DNA from: an uncultured Desulfopila sp.
Lineage (GTDB): Bacteria > Desulfobacterota > Desulfobulbia > Desulfobulbales > Desulfocapsaceae
DNA: 64,000 nucleotides
NCBI GenBank assembly: GCA_964446655.1
Contig: CAYUPL010000003.1
Location: forward strand, 54,477 to 118,476
Reading direction: 5' to 3'
The notes under the pieces were generated by a model. The model saw nothing but the letters and a program-made list of their open reading frames with translations. It had not been told where the DNA came from and searched no databases. The position numbers and the translations under genes were made by a program. Below are positions 38,558 to 49,703 of this stretch, piece by piece. Each line of letters opens with the position of its first letter. Positions within the stretch are counted from its first letter, which is position 1.

Positions 38558-40300
38558 TCACATTGCTACCAAGGGCAGATAATCCGGCTCCCAGCGCATT
38601 CTTCGTATCAGCTTTTTCATGCGCTGTTCATCATTTTCATGCTGGAAATCAGAAAAAACACAGGGCCTGCTCACACCTTGCTGTACCGCGCTCATGGCAA
38701 CCGCTAAGGCAACCTTAAGGGATACTTCTTTTAAGGCGGCCAGCCGTGGCACAAGACATCCTTCCGCCAGTTCTTCTCGTGACATATAATCAGATACCGC
38801 ATGGGCTGCAGCCGTAAAAAATTGCGGAAGAACCTCCCTGGCACCTGAGGCCAGAACGCCTAAACCGATACCGGGAAAAACAAGAACGTTACTGGCTTGT
38901 CGGGTATTATATATTTTCCCGTTTAAATGGTATGGCCCGAATGGACTTCCTGTAGCCACTATGGCTTTCCCGTCCGTCCATGTATAAATATCCTCCGGTC
39001 GTGCCTCAATTACCGATTCCGGATTAGACAGTGGCAGAATAACCGGCCGAGACGTATTTTGCGCCACCGCCTGAACCACTTCTTCAGTAAAACAACCGAC
39101 ACAACCGCCCTGTCCTGACGTGCCTACCAGCACCGTCGCACCGGCATTGCGTATTATTTCTTCCAGATACAAAGTATCATTATTGACCCATGGAAACCGT
39201 TTCGGATTTTTGGCATATTTCCGCTTGTAGTGCTCACATTGTCGTCCTTCAGTGATGAGTCCTTTTGAGTCAACCGCGAAAATCCTGTTCTTTGCCTCTT
39301 CCCTGCTGACGCCTTCTTCAATCAAAGCCAACTCAATCTGTTCGGCTACGCCGACCCCGCAAGTACCTGCACCATGAATAACGAAAACCTGATCAGCGAG
39401 TTTTTCTCTTTTTATTTTCATGGCGGAAAGCATCGAGGCCAATACGATAGCACCGGTCCCTTGAATATCTTCATTATATGAAATAAGCTCGTCAACAAAC
39501 GCGTCACGGGTGGAAAAGGCGTTCTGCTTGGAAAAATCTTCCCACTGGCAGAGAGCATGTGGAAAAACATTCCGAAAAGCTCTGGCAAATCTTCCTATGA
39601 ATCTGAGATATTCCTCCCCTTGCAAACGTTCATGCCGCCACCCCAGATATTCATTGTCGGCCAGCAGTGTTCTGTTATTGGTACCCACATCGAGTGATAT
39701 TGGCAGACAATGCCAGGGGGCTATACCCGCTCCCTGGGTGTAGAGCATAAGTTTACCCAGACAGATGGCAATCCCCCCAACACCCTGATCCCCGACTCCA
39801 AGAACACCCTGATTGTCGGTAACTACTGCTACACGGATATCTCGGTGGGCGTATCTTCGTAGAATATCTTCAGCATCATTTATATTACCGGGATAGAGAT
39901 AAATCCCATTGGCCTTCCTGAACATGGAAGAGTATTGCTGAACAGCCAGTTCAACGGTTGGTGTATAGATAATACTGATATATTTTTCAATATTGCTTTC
40001 AATTACAGCATGGGCAAGTGTGACGTTCCTGTCGAACAATTCTCTTATGAACCGGAATTTTTCAACGGGATCATTACGGGAATCTACTTTATTTCTGGTG
40101 GCTTCAATCTGGCTGTCGAGATCTCTTACGGCAGGCGGCAAAACCGCTTCAAGGCCGAGCATTTTTCGTTCTTTCAAATTAAAGGCCGTGCCCTTATTTA
40201 CAAAACTGATGGCATGAACAGAGGGTCCACTGTCGTGTACAAGAATTTCTCTGGTGTTGCCGTATTCATCGTATTTGAATCTGTATTGATTGGTTGCCAT
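38558..40300 (-). CDS. maeA: NAD(P)-dependent malic enzyme (large, SfcA/MaeA-type)
   Basis: 580 aa with YTPTV, VTDNQGVLGVGDQG and GAGTCGVGVA Rossmann motifs typical of malic enzymes. Confidence 0.9.
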   Translation of the reverse strand: MATNQYRFKYDEYGNTREILVHDSGPSVHAISFVNKGTAFNLKERKMLGLEAVLPPAVRDLDSQIEATRNKVDSRNDPVEKFRFIRELFDRNVTLAHAVIESNIEKYISIIYTPTVELAVQQYSSMFRKANGIYLYPGNINDAEDILRRYAHRDIRVAVVTDNQGVLGVGDQGVGGIAICLGKLMLYTQGAGIAPWHCLPISLDVGTNNRTLLADNEYLGWRHERLQGEEYLRFIGRFARAFRNVFPHALCQWEDFSKQNAFSTRDAFVDELISYNEDIQGTGAIVLASMLSAMKIKREKLADQVFVIHGAGTCGVGVAEQIELALIEEGVSREEAKNRIFAVDSKGLITEGRQCEHYKRKYAKNPKRFPWVNNDTLYLEEIIRNAGATVLVGTSGQGGCVGCFTEEVVQAVAQNTSRPVILPLSNPESVIEARPEDIYTWTDGKAIVATGSPFGPYHLNGKIYNTRQASNVLVFPGIGLGVLASGAREVLPQFFTAAAHAVSDYMSREELAEGCLVPRLAALKEVSLKVALAVAMSAVQQGVSRPCVFSDFQHENDEQRMKKLIRRMRWEPDYLPLVAM

Positions 40301-40387
40301 AAATAAAACCTCGGGGATCGATTCTCTCTATTTTTCGGATCAAAGTAGTTCGTTGACTTTTTTTACAAAGAGGACATAATAGCACTC

Positions 40388-40619
40388 ATGAAAAACTGGC
40401 AAAAACAACTGGCACAGAGTGTAACAACTTTCAGTGATCTACAAAAGCATTTACACCGCGATAATAACGCACTTGAAGAAGTTATAGCAACTTTCCCAAT
40501 GCGTATCACCCCATATTTTTTAGAATCAACAATCACTGGCAAAAGGGTTCAAGTATCTGCACGATACTCCTCGTATCCGTGAAGTCTTTAGTCAGTCGGG
40601 ACAAAGAGTTGTGGTTTAA
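40388..40619 (+). pseudogene. Relic of a KamA/EpmB-family radical-SAM aminomutase gene
   Basis: Frame 1 gives a KamA-like N-terminus (WQKQLAQSVTTFSDLQ...FPMRITPYF). The +1 frame from 40545 gives YLHDTPRIREVFSQSGQ, which resembles Y(I/L)xxxPEIxDVLLSGGD. The CxxxCxxC region and the whole C-terminal two thirds are absent. Confidence 0.5.
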
Positions 40620-40763
40620 AAATTTCCGCGGTGAACTCTGCAGTTATCCGGAATCGATCGACTCTTTCCGATCTTTTTATTTTTCTTTACTTGCCTGGTT
40701 GCAGACAAGGTTTTATTCTTGTCGTATTCCCTGTACTCCTTAACAGCAGATTCGAGGACCACT

Positions 40764-42314
40764 ATGAAAGTAGAAGAAATACTCACAGAGGTATTGCGTT
40801 CCGAAGAGTTGCCCACCTTGCCGATGGTAGCGTCACAGTTGATCTCCATCACATCACGTGAGGATACAACTCTTACCGACATTGCCGATCTTATATCAAA
40901 AGATATCTCGCTGTCGGCCAAAATCCTTAAAGTATCCAATTCGGCTTTCTACAGCTTTCCTCAACAGATAGGCTCCATTCATCAGGCAGTCTCTATCTTA
41001 GGAACAAACGCCGTCAGAAGCTTAGTCCTTTCCTTCTCGTTTCTCTCTATAAAATCCGGCAAAAAAAACAGCGGATTCAACTTTGAACGTTTCTGGCAAC
41101 GCTCACTGGCATTGGCCGTCGGAGCAAAATTGATCCTGGAAAAGGCAGAAAATTCCAACACGGATGAAATATTTATTTCCGGTTTATTACAAAATTTAGG
41201 CGAACTGATTTTTGCCAGAACCTTCCCGGAAAAATATGATAAAGTCCTCCATGAAGTTACCGATAATCAGTATGATACCATTCTTGCCGAAGAACAGATT
41301 ATTGGGGCAAACCATACGTTCATCGGCTTTGAAGTAGCAAGACACTGGGGCTTCCCCGAAGGCTTGCTTCTGCCGATCCTGAACCACCACGCCCCTGAGC
41401 AATATGAAGGCAATGATACCAAGGTCCACCAAACCACCAGTGCGGTATACCTCTCCGATATCCTCATAAATATATTGTACTCCGCCAAACCGGAAGATTA
41501 TCATAGCCGATTTCGCACAGAGGCAAAACGCTTACTCAAGCTCAAACCGGACGACATAGAGGCAATTCTTGAAGACATTCACAATCAAGTGGAAAAGTCC
41601 GGTAAATATTTTGGCCTGAAGATTAAAAATACCCGTTCCATCCAGGAAATTCTTCAGGAGGCAAATATTCGTCTCAGCCTGCTTAATCTTGATTATGATC
41701 AAATGAACAAACAACTTATTCAGACGAAGATTACGTTGGAAAATCTTACCAGAGAACTGGAGGAAAAAAACCGAATTCTTGACAATCTCGCGAATATTGA
41801 CGGGCTTACCGAAGTGTTTAATCACCGCTACTTCCAAAACAGCCTTGAGGAAGAAATCAGCCGGGCGGAACGTAACGATTCACACCTCTCTCTGATTCTG
41901 ACCGATATAGATCATTTTAAAAATTTTAATGACACCTATGGGCACCAAGCCGGAGATTTTGTTCTTAAGGAATTTTGTAGAGCTATCAAGAAATGCTTGC
42001 GGAAATATGATATTCTGGCCCGTTATGGAGGAGAGGAATTCGTTATTATCCTACCGGAAACAGAGGAACACGAGGCATATGCCGTTGCGGAAAAACTTCG
42101 CACCGTAATCGAAGAAACCGCCTTTAGTGACGGCAAGGATGACTACTCGGTCACATCGAGCTTTGGCGTCTCCGCCAGTCGACCGGCCAGAGAAGACACT
42201 TTCGACAAAGATGATTTGATAAATAGAGCGGACAACGCCTTATATACCGCTAAAGAGAAAGGGCGCAACCAGACCTGCACATATACGCCAAAGAAAAAAT
42301 GGTACACCTTCTGA
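40764..42314 (+). CDS. HDOD domain - coiled coil - GGDEF diguanylate cyclase
   Basis: HDOD N-terminal domain (LPTLPMVASQLI...ILKVSNSAFY). GGEEF active site with an RKYD I-site five residues upstream. Confidence 0.88.
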   Translation: MKVEEILTEVLRSEELPTLPMVASQLISITSREDTTLTDIADLISKDISLSAKILKVSNSAFYSFPQQIGSIHQAVSILGTNAVRSLVLSFSFLSIKSGKKNSGFNFERFWQRSLALAVGAKLILEKAENSNTDEIFISGLLQNLGELIFARTFPEKYDKVLHEVTDNQYDTILAEEQIIGANHTFIGFEVARHWGFPEGLLLPILNHHAPEQYEGNDTKVHQTTSAVYLSDILINILYSAKPEDYHSRFRTEAKRLLKLKPDDIEAILEDIHNQVEKSGKYFGLKIKNTRSIQEILQEANIRLSLLNLDYDQMNKQLIQTKITLENLTRELEEKNRILDNLANIDGLTEVFNHRYFQNSLEEEISRAERNDSHLSLILTDIDHFKNFNDTYGHQAGDFVLKEFCRAIKKCLRKYDILARYGGEEFVIILPETEEHEAYAVAEKLRTVIEETAFSDGKDDYSVTSSFGVSASRPAREDTFDKDDLINRADNALYTAKEKGRNQTCTYTPKKKWYTF

Positions 42315-42383
42315 GTCAACTGAGAGTCGGATTTCCTGCAATCACTCCACCGTCTTTTCACGGTATTGGTCGGCTGTTTTTTG

Positions 42384-44915
42384 CTACATCATATTTTCAG
42401 GATCAATATCAAGTGAGAGACTGGTTTTGCCTGTAATGAGTTCTTTCTGCCGCTCAGCTATATATTTTCCCACCTCGGCAAAGACACGGGGATAACCAGC
42501 TTTAAGAAGGATTTGCCAGCGAAACCTGTCCTTAATTTTTTCAAGTGGTGAAGGAGCAGGCCCCAGCACATGCAACGCACTGTTATTGGCTCTGTCAAAA
42601 TTTCTGCATGCCATGGCGATGTTTTCCGAAGTCTTGCGAACGTTATATTCATTCTCCCCGGTAATTCTGAAGCAGGCCAGACGGACATAGGGCGGGAAAA
42701 CAGGTTTTTGCCTGATCTGCAATTCTTTTTCATAGAATTGCCGGTACTGATGTTTCCGGGCCAGTTCTATGGCATAGTGGTCGGGGCACATGGTCTGTAT
42801 TATTACCCTACCATCCCTGTCTCCCCTGCCGGCCCGACCTGTTACCTGGGATAGAAGCTGATAGGTTTTTTCCGCAGCTCGAAAATCCGGCATATTGAGG
42901 CCTCCGTCAGCCCACACCACCCCGACAAAAGTAACGAAGGGAAAATGATGTCCTTTCGCTATCATCTGGGTACCGATGAGGATGTCGATCTCCCTGTTGC
43001 GCATGGCTTTCAGGATGGCCAGAAAGGCACGTCTGTCACTGGCGGTATCGGAATCCAGCCGCGCTATTTCAGCTGCAGGAAACAAACAGCGCAGTTCTTC
43101 CTCTATCCGTTCAGTACCAACACCCATGGGGACAAGCTTGTCGGAATGGCAGTTTTCGCATATGAGTCTGGAGTCGACATTGTAGCCGCAGTAATGGCAC
43201 ACCAGGGCAGATTTGTTTTTGTGATAGGTCAGAGCAACATTGCAATGTCTGCACTGCACTGCGGTGCCGCAGGACTGGCATATCAGGGAAGAAGAAAATC
43301 CTCTGCGGTTAAGAAGAACGAGGCTCTGCTCATTATTTTCCAGGTTATGTTGCAATTCTGTGCGAAACAACTCGTGGAAGCTGCTCTTCCTGCTGCTTTT
43401 CTTTTCTCTATTAAGATCAATTACCCGGACGAGGGGCAGGCGGCTCTCTCCGACACGGCCGGCCATTCCGAGGAGTTGATATTTTCCTGTTTCAGCATGA
43501 TAATAACTGGTTACCGAAGGAGTTGCAGATCCCAAGATTACAACACAATTCTCCATCTTGCCGCGCAGAACGGCAAGATCCCGACCGTTATATTTAAAAC
43601 CGTCATCCTGTTTGAAGCCGCTGTCATGTTCTTCATCCACAACGATGAGTCCGAGATTTGCCAGGGGAGCGAATACGGCCGATCTTGCGCCAACCACTAT
43701 TTTTGCCTTACCTGCCGCGGCAAGGCACCATTGATCGTACTTCTGTGCGCTGGTCAACCCTGAGTGCAACAAAGCTATACCACTGCCGAAACGAGAGACA
43801 AAGTGAGACTCAAGCTGCATTGCCAAGGCTATTTCGGGCACCAGGACAAGAACATCTTTGCCTGAATTGAGTACCTTTTCCGCTGCCCGCAGATACACTT
43901 CTGTTTTACCGCTGCCGGTAATGCCATGAAGCAGAAAAGTAGCGGAAGAATCGTTGCTGATACTGTTCTCTACAAATGCGAGTGCTTCAGTCTGTTCCGG
44001 GGTTAATTCCGCAGGCCTGGAGAGATCGGCGGGAATTTCTCCAAGAGGGTTGCGATATATTCGTGTCCTGACCTGTTTGAGTATCCCCTGTCGGCAGAGT
44101 TCCTGCAGGGCTTTTCCTCCACCTTTATAGCTACGCAGAATATCTTTCTGAGGCACTGCCTGATTATGGGCTCGAAAATTTTGAGCGTAGGAGTAGAGGG
44201 TCTTAATTTCGGTAAGCTTAAAATCCTGTTGGAAATAATTCTGCAATTGTTCTGTGAAGCTTTGCAGATTATCTTTTGCAGACCTTTCTTCGCAGAGCGA
44301 AGAATGAAAGGAAGCGGATGAGGAATAACAGATTTCCAGTTTATCTCGAACTGTCTGGCCGGTTATTTTTTCTTCAACAACTACAACACCCAGCTTTGCA
44401 AGTTTGGATACAATTTTTTTATCGGTCGCGCTGCAGAGAATTTTTCTGCTGAGGGTCGGACTTAAACATTTTTTCAAGAGAAGTTGGTCGATCCACGGGG
44501 AAAGTGGGTCGACCATGGAGTCTAGTATTTTTTGTGCTTCTGCCTCCTCTATTTTGAGACGGATTACTTTTTTTGATGCTTGTGCTATTCCTGCCGGCAA
44601 AGCAGTACTGATAACCTCGCCGATGGGACATTGATAGTATTCGGCAATCCAGCGAAAAAAAGGAACCATGGCGGCTGGGAACAATGGCTCCTCAGTTAGG
44701 ATTTGCCGTATGTGTTTGAGTTTATAGTCAACTTCGTTGACCGACAGGCTATCTAAAATATAGCCTGTTATAATGCGACGCCCCAAAGGAACTAAAACCT
44801 GACAACCGACATACCTCTGCAGATCAAAGCCGGTTTCTTCCAGCTTTTCCTTTTCGGGCAGATAGGTCAGGGTTGAAAATAGAGGCGCCGCAACAGCAAC
44901 CTCCAGACATATCAT
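42384..44915 (-). CDS. priA: Primosomal protein N' (replication restart helicase PriA)
   Basis: Walker A GITGSGKTEVY, DEEH, and a Cys-rich zinc region CQSCG...CRHCN...CHYCG...CENC. Confidence 0.94.
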   Translation of the reverse strand: MICLEVAVAAPLFSTLTYLPEKEKLEETGFDLQRYVGCQVLVPLGRRIITGYILDSLSVNEVDYKLKHIRQILTEEPLFPAAMVPFFRWIAEYYQCPIGEVISTALPAGIAQASKKVIRLKIEEAEAQKILDSMVDPLSPWIDQLLLKKCLSPTLSRKILCSATDKKIVSKLAKLGVVVVEEKITGQTVRDKLEICYSSSASFHSSLCEERSAKDNLQSFTEQLQNYFQQDFKLTEIKTLYSYAQNFRAHNQAVPQKDILRSYKGGGKALQELCRQGILKQVRTRIYRNPLGEIPADLSRPAELTPEQTEALAFVENSISNDSSATFLLHGITGSGKTEVYLRAAEKVLNSGKDVLVLVPEIALAMQLESHFVSRFGSGIALLHSGLTSAQKYDQWCLAAAGKAKIVVGARSAVFAPLANLGLIVVDEEHDSGFKQDDGFKYNGRDLAVLRGKMENCVVILGSATPSVTSYYHAETGKYQLLGMAGRVGESRLPLVRVIDLNREKKSSRKSSFHELFRTELQHNLENNEQSLVLLNRRGFSSSLICQSCGTAVQCRHCNVALTYHKNKSALVCHYCGYNVDSRLICENCHSDKLVPMGVGTERIEEELRCLFPAAEIARLDSDTASDRRAFLAILKAMRNREIDILIGTQMIAKGHHFPFVTFVGVVWADGGLNMPDFRAAEKTYQLLSQVTGRAGRGDRDGRVIIQTMCPDHYAIELARKHQYRQFYEKELQIRQKPVFPPYVRLACFRITGENEYNVRKTSENIAMACRNFDRANNSALHVLGPAPSPLEKIKDRFRWQILLKAGYPRVFAEVGKYIAERQKELITGKTSLSLDIDPENMM

Positions 44916-45784
44916 AACTCAGCGGCAACCTTTTTAAGATGAGCTTTGAAAGCAGATCCCAGTTCACTATGTCGCAACCCGAATGCAATGATGGCCTTGA
45001 GATACCCTAGTTTATCACCTGCATCATACCTGGTCCCTTCAAACTCATAGGCATACATCGGCCGTTTTTTCGATAGAGCAAGCAGAGCGTCCGTCAATTG
45101 TATCTCACCACCATGACCAGGTGTTGTTTTGCCGAGCAGGTCAAAAATTTCAGGCATCAGAATATATCTGCCGATGATAGCCATGTCGGAATCAGTTGTG
45201 CCGGGAGCAGGCTTTTCCACAAGCCGGGTTACCTTGTGAGTACGTTCCCTGCCGTTTTCTTCACCTTCAACTATACCGTATTGATGAGTCTGATCATACG
45301 GAACTCTCTGCACGGCAACGATGGACTCGCCCACGTCTTCAAACAGGCTAAGCATCTGCCTGGCACAAGGGATTTGGCTCAAGACAAGATCGTCGCCCAG
45401 CAATACCATAAAGGGTTCATTTCCGACAACATGTCGTGCCGTCCAAATGGCGTGTCCTAGTCCCAACGGCTTTTTCTGGCGAACCGATACGATATCTATC
45501 AGGTTTGATATCATGTTCAGTTCTTCTCCCAGGGCTATCTTTTTTTTCTCACGCAGCACAGAGTCCAGCTGAAAGTCATAATCAAAATGATTTTCAATAG
45601 CAGCTTTCCCTTCACTGGTAACAAAAATGATCTGCTCAATTCCTGATGCTACTACTTCTTCAACGATGTACTGTATTGTCGGTCGGTCGACAATAGTCAA
45701 CATTTCTTTGGGGATAGCCTTGGTTGCCGGTAAAAATCGTGTTCCCAAGCCTGCCACCGGAATAACCGCTTTTCTAACAATCAT
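44912..45784 (-). CDS. galU: UTP--glucose-1-phosphate uridylyltransferase
   Basis: KAVIPVAGLGTRFLPATKAIPKEML and VEKP motifs. Its stop overlaps the priA start (ATGA). Confidence 0.94.
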   Translation of the reverse strand: MIVRKAVIPVAGLGTRFLPATKAIPKEMLTIVDRPTIQYIVEEVVASGIEQIIFVTSEGKAAIENHFDYDFQLDSVLREKKKIALGEELNMISNLIDIVSVRQKKPLGLGHAIWTARHVVGNEPFMVLLGDDLVLSQIPCARQMLSLFEDVGESIVAVQRVPYDQTHQYGIVEGEENGRERTHKVTRLVEKPAPGTTDSDMAIIGRYILMPEIFDLLGKTTPGHGGEIQLTDALLALSKKRPMYAYEFEGTRYDAGDKLGYLKAIIAFGLRHSELGSAFKAHLKKVAAEL

Positions 45785-45889
45785 AAAAGCTCCTTGTTTT
45801 TCACTGACGAAAATTGTGATAGTATGTTAAAAACTTGCAATTCGACATTGTTTCTTTATCATGAATACTCAATTTTATCTCTTTTTTTC

Positions 45890-48800
45890 ATGGATTTCAA
45901 CTATCCGGAATCGCTTCCTGTCTCACAGAAGCGCCACGATATACTCAAAGTACTTCATGCCAATCAAGTCACTATAATTGCAGGAGATACCGGGTCAGGC
46001 AAAACTACTCAACTCCCCAAAATGTGCCTGGAACTGCTCTCCGGCTCAGGAGGCAGAGTCGGCTGTACCCAACCGCGGCGAATCGCGGCATTGACGGTAT
46101 CAGCACGAGTTTCTGAGGAGCTGGCGCAATATGGTCATCTGGTAGGCTATAAAATTCGGTTTCAGGATGCTACCACACCTTCCACCAAGATAAAATTCAT
46201 GACGGATGGGGTACTCCTGGCCGAAACGCGAAGCAACAGACTATTACAGGAATATGACTTCCTCATAATAGACGAAGCACACGAAAGAAGCCTTAACATT
46301 GACTTTCTTCTTGGTCATTTAAAAAACATTCTCCACGAACGGCCGGGACTGAAGGTTATTATTACCTCAGCGACCATTGACACCAATGCTTTCTCCAGCC
46401 ATTTTAGTAACGCCCCTATAGTACGAATTCCTGGAAAAACATATCCGGTTGAAGTGCGATATTCCCCACCGGTACCAGATGAATATGGTGAAACGGGTAA
46501 TTACATCGAAAGCTGTGTCGATGCTATCTTCAACATCCACACCCGTGAAGCTCCAGGCGACATACTCGCTTTTCTTCCCACGGAAAGAGATATTCGAAAC
46601 TGTGTTGATCTTCTCAAGAAAAAAATCAAGGATGCGGCCATTCTCCCCCTCTTCGGCAGGCTGCATACAGCCGACCAGAAAAAAATTTTCCAGACCGGCA
46701 AACAGAGCAAAATCGTAGTTGCCACCAACGTCGCCGAGACATCCATCACAGTTCCAGGAATCCGTTATGTCGTTGATACCGGCCTGGCAAGAATGGCCTA
46801 CTACAACTTCCGTGCCAAGACCAACAGCCTTCCAATCCAAAGAATATCCAAGGCCGGCTGCGATCAACGCAAAGGTCGCTGCGGTCGTATCGGGCCCGGA
46901 ATATGCGTCCGTCTTTATGATGAACAGGATTATCTGGAACGAGATGAATACACGCTACCTGAAATCAAACGCTCCAATCTTGCCGAAGTCATCCTGCAAA
47001 TGCTTTCTTTCGGTCTTGGCGATCCCTTCAGCTTTCCTTTTGTTGATCCACCTCTGTCCTCTGCCATAAGCGATGGCTATAATCAGCTCCAGGAACTTGG
47101 TGCAATTGATGAGAGGCGCAGCTTAACGGCTACCGGCCGAAAAATGGCTCTTATGCCCATTGACCCCTCTATTTCCCGTATAGTTATAGAGGCGCAGCAG
47201 AACAACTGTCTCAGGGAAATTATGATCATTGCAACAGTACTTGCCATACAGGATCCGCGAGTCCGGCCGGCGGATCTGGCACAACAGGCGGACGCGGCAC
47301 ATGAACAGTTTAATGATAACCGCTCTGACTTTCTCGCATATCTCAATATCTGGAATCTTTTTCATGCGGTAAAAGGGAAAACTTCCTGGTCAAGGCTGAA
47401 AAAATTCTGCCATAGTCATTACCTCTCCTTTCAAAGAATGCGCGAATGGATAGACCTTCATGGCCAGATGACCAGGATAATACAAGCTCTTCCTCGTTTT
47501 TCCGCAGGCGAGCATGATGCCTCCTATGATGACATACACAAGTCTTTGGCTGCCGGGTTCTTGCGCAATATCGCTATGAAAAGGGACAAAAACCTCTATC
47601 TTGGCGGTTCCGGCAAGGAGGTCATGATCTTTCCAGGTTCGGGACAATTCAAATCCGGGGCTCATTGGATAGTTGCCGCCTCTTTTCTGGAAACCAACAG
47701 ACTTTATGCCTTTCATGTCGCATCAATTCAACCGGAATGGCTTGAACCACTCGGCGGAAAATTATGCAAATACAGCTGGACCAACCCTCGTTACCACAAA
47801 AAATCTGGTCGCGTTATCGCGGACGAGAAAGTTTCCCTTTTCGGTCTCCCGATCATCCCTTGCCGAAAAGTCAATTTTGGTACTACGAACACTGCGAACC
47901 GAACGGCCGCCAGAACCATTTTTATCGAAGAAGCATTGCTTGCAGGGAACCTTGTCGGCAACTATGATTTTTTAGAAGCAAACAGAAAACTTGTTGCATC
48001 CTGGGTGGATATTGAAGACAGGTTGCGCACCAGGGATATTCTTGTGCACAACGAGGTAATCTTTCAATTTTATGACGAGAAACTGCCGGAATCCGTCTTT
48101 GACCGCTTCACATTGAACGCGTTTTTGAAAAAGAAGAAAAATGCCAACCTCCTCAAGCTTTCTGAAGATATCATCATAGACCGCAAACCTTCAGGACGGG
48201 AATTGGCCGATTTCCCGGATTCGCTTCAAATAGGTTCTCATACCTTTAAGCTCGAGCACACCTTTGATCCATCAAGTGATCTTGATGGCGTAACGGTGAG
48301 AATCCCTCTGGCCATGGTGGATACCTTACGTGGTGAAACCTTTGAATGGCTGGTTCCCGGACTGTTGCAGGAAAAAATCACCTTTCTCCTCAAAGGGCTG
48401 CCCAAAAGAATCCGCAAACATCTGATTCCTCTTAATATAGCCGTTGATAAGGTCCTGGATGATGTTGATATCTATAAAGGATCATTTTTCAGTGCACTGG
48501 AAGCCTCGCTTTTTAAGCATTTCCAGATTTCCATTAAAAAATCAGATTGGCCGGAACATCTACCGAAACATCTACTGATGCGCTTTCTTCTTTATGATAT
48601 TTCGGGAAAAGAAATTCTCAACAGCAGAGATTTTTCCAAGCTGTCCGTGCAAAGGGAATACGATTCTGCAGCTTCGCTGCAAAATATTTCCAGCAACGAC
48701 CTCGGCAAGATCGAACAATGGCAAAAAATCGAAACCAGAACGTGGTGCTTTGACGACCTGCCTGCAAAAATTCCACTATTTTCCCCAAGCAATGAAATTG

Positions 48801-49639
48801 CCGGTTTTCTTTACCCTGCCGTTACCCCACTGCCGGAAAAGGCGTTGGTAACATTATGCTTTCATACGGACCGCGCTAAAGCGATATCTCAGAACCGGCA
48901 GGGTTTGCACTATCTTTACAAATTACAGTTTACCAAACAGTACACTCTCTTAAAAAAATACTGCAATACCAGCCTGTCGGGCCCTTCTTCAATGTGGTTC
49001 GTTGAAGTATTCGAAACAAAAGCCAATGGTGTCCAATCGTTAATGGATTTTATTATGGAGGAGCTTTTTCAAACCCGTGACGGCAGCATACCGACATTGG
49101 AGCTTTTTCAAAAACGTCTTCAAGAAGTCGAAAAAATCACATTATTCGCAGCTGGTCAAGACATCTGTAACAAAGTACTCTCGCTGTTGCGTCGCAGAAG
49201 AGAGGTACAAAGCGAAATAGCAAGACATAAAGACCTCGATTTCCAAGCAAAAATTACAGCAGAGGGTAAATATACTGAATACAGAGAAAGACTCGAAGAG
49301 ATTCTGCCCCATGATTTTTTTGAAAAACGCCGACTTTCTGAATTTGAAGATTGTGGGAGATATATGAAATCTCTTATAATACGCATTAGCAGAGCCCATG
49401 CCGACCCGGCAAAAGACAGAACTAAATCAACAATAATTGCGCCCTACGCACAAAACCTGGCCACCTTGCAAAACACACCGGCAAATGCGTCAATACCGTT
49501 GTCGGGCTTGATAAAGGAATATGAAAAACTGATTCAGGAAATGCGGGTCTCCCTGTTCTCCCCGGAATTGAAAACAGCTGTTCCCGTCTCGGAAAAACGC
49601 TTAAAACAACTATGGCAGAAGATCCGGCAGGAATACTAA
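45890..49639 (+). CDS. hrpA: ATP-dependent RNA helicase HrpA
   Basis: DEAH-box core (GDTGSGKTTQ, DEAHERS, SATID, TNVAETS, QRKGRCGR) plus a long HrpA C-terminal region. Start at MDFNYPESLPV. Confidence 0.93.
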   Translation: MDFNYPESLPVSQKRHDILKVLHANQVTIIAGDTGSGKTTQLPKMCLELLSGSGGRVGCTQPRRIAALTVSARVSEELAQYGHLVGYKIRFQDATTPSTKIKFMTDGVLLAETRSNRLLQEYDFLIIDEAHERSLNIDFLLGHLKNILHERPGLKVIITSATIDTNAFSSHFSNAPIVRIPGKTYPVEVRYSPPVPDEYGETGNYIESCVDAIFNIHTREAPGDILAFLPTERDIRNCVDLLKKKIKDAAILPLFGRLHTADQKKIFQTGKQSKIVVATNVAETSITVPGIRYVVDTGLARMAYYNFRAKTNSLPIQRISKAGCDQRKGRCGRIGPGICVRLYDEQDYLERDEYTLPEIKRSNLAEVILQMLSFGLGDPFSFPFVDPPLSSAISDGYNQLQELGAIDERRSLTATGRKMALMPIDPSISRIVIEAQQNNCLREIMIIATVLAIQDPRVRPADLAQQADAAHEQFNDNRSDFLAYLNIWNLFHAVKGKTSWSRLKKFCHSHYLSFQRMREWIDLHGQMTRIIQALPRFSAGEHDASYDDIHKSLAAGFLRNIAMKRDKNLYLGGSGKEVMIFPGSGQFKSGAHWIVAASFLETNRLYAFHVASIQPEWLEPLGGKLCKYSWTNPRYHKKSGRVIADEKVSLFGLPIIPCRKVNFGTTNTANRTAARTIFIEEALLAGNLVGNYDFLEANRKLVASWVDIEDRLRTRDILVHNEVIFQFYDEKLPESVFDRFTLNAFLKKKKNANLLKLSEDIIIDRKPSGRELADFPDSLQIGSHTFKLEHTFDPSSDLDGVTVRIPLAMVDTLRGETFEWLVPGLLQEKITFLLKGLPKRIRKHLIPLNIAVDKVLDDVDIYKGSFFSALEASLFKHFQISIKKSDWPEHLPKHLLMRFLLYDISGKEILNSRDFSKLSVQREYDSAASLQNISSNDLGKIEQWQKIETRTWCFDDLPAKIPLFSPSNEIAGFLYPAVTPLPEKALVTLCFHTDRAKAISQNRQGLHYLYKLQFTKQYTLLKKYCNTSLSGPSSMWFVEVFETKANGVQSLMDFIMEELFQTRDGSIPTLELFQKRLQEVEKITLFAAGQDICNKVLSLLRRRREVQSEIARHKDLDFQAKITAEGKYTEYRERLEEILPHDFFEKRRLSEFEDCGRYMKSLIIRISRAHADPAKDRTKSTIIAPYAQNLATLQNTPANASIPLSGLIKEYEKLIQEMRVSLFSPELKTAVPVSEKRLKQLWQKIRQEY

Positions 49640-49703
49640 AAGCGGATCTCTACTCTTTTTTGCAACACAACCACCACTGTCAACCACACGTGATATATTA
49701 AAA

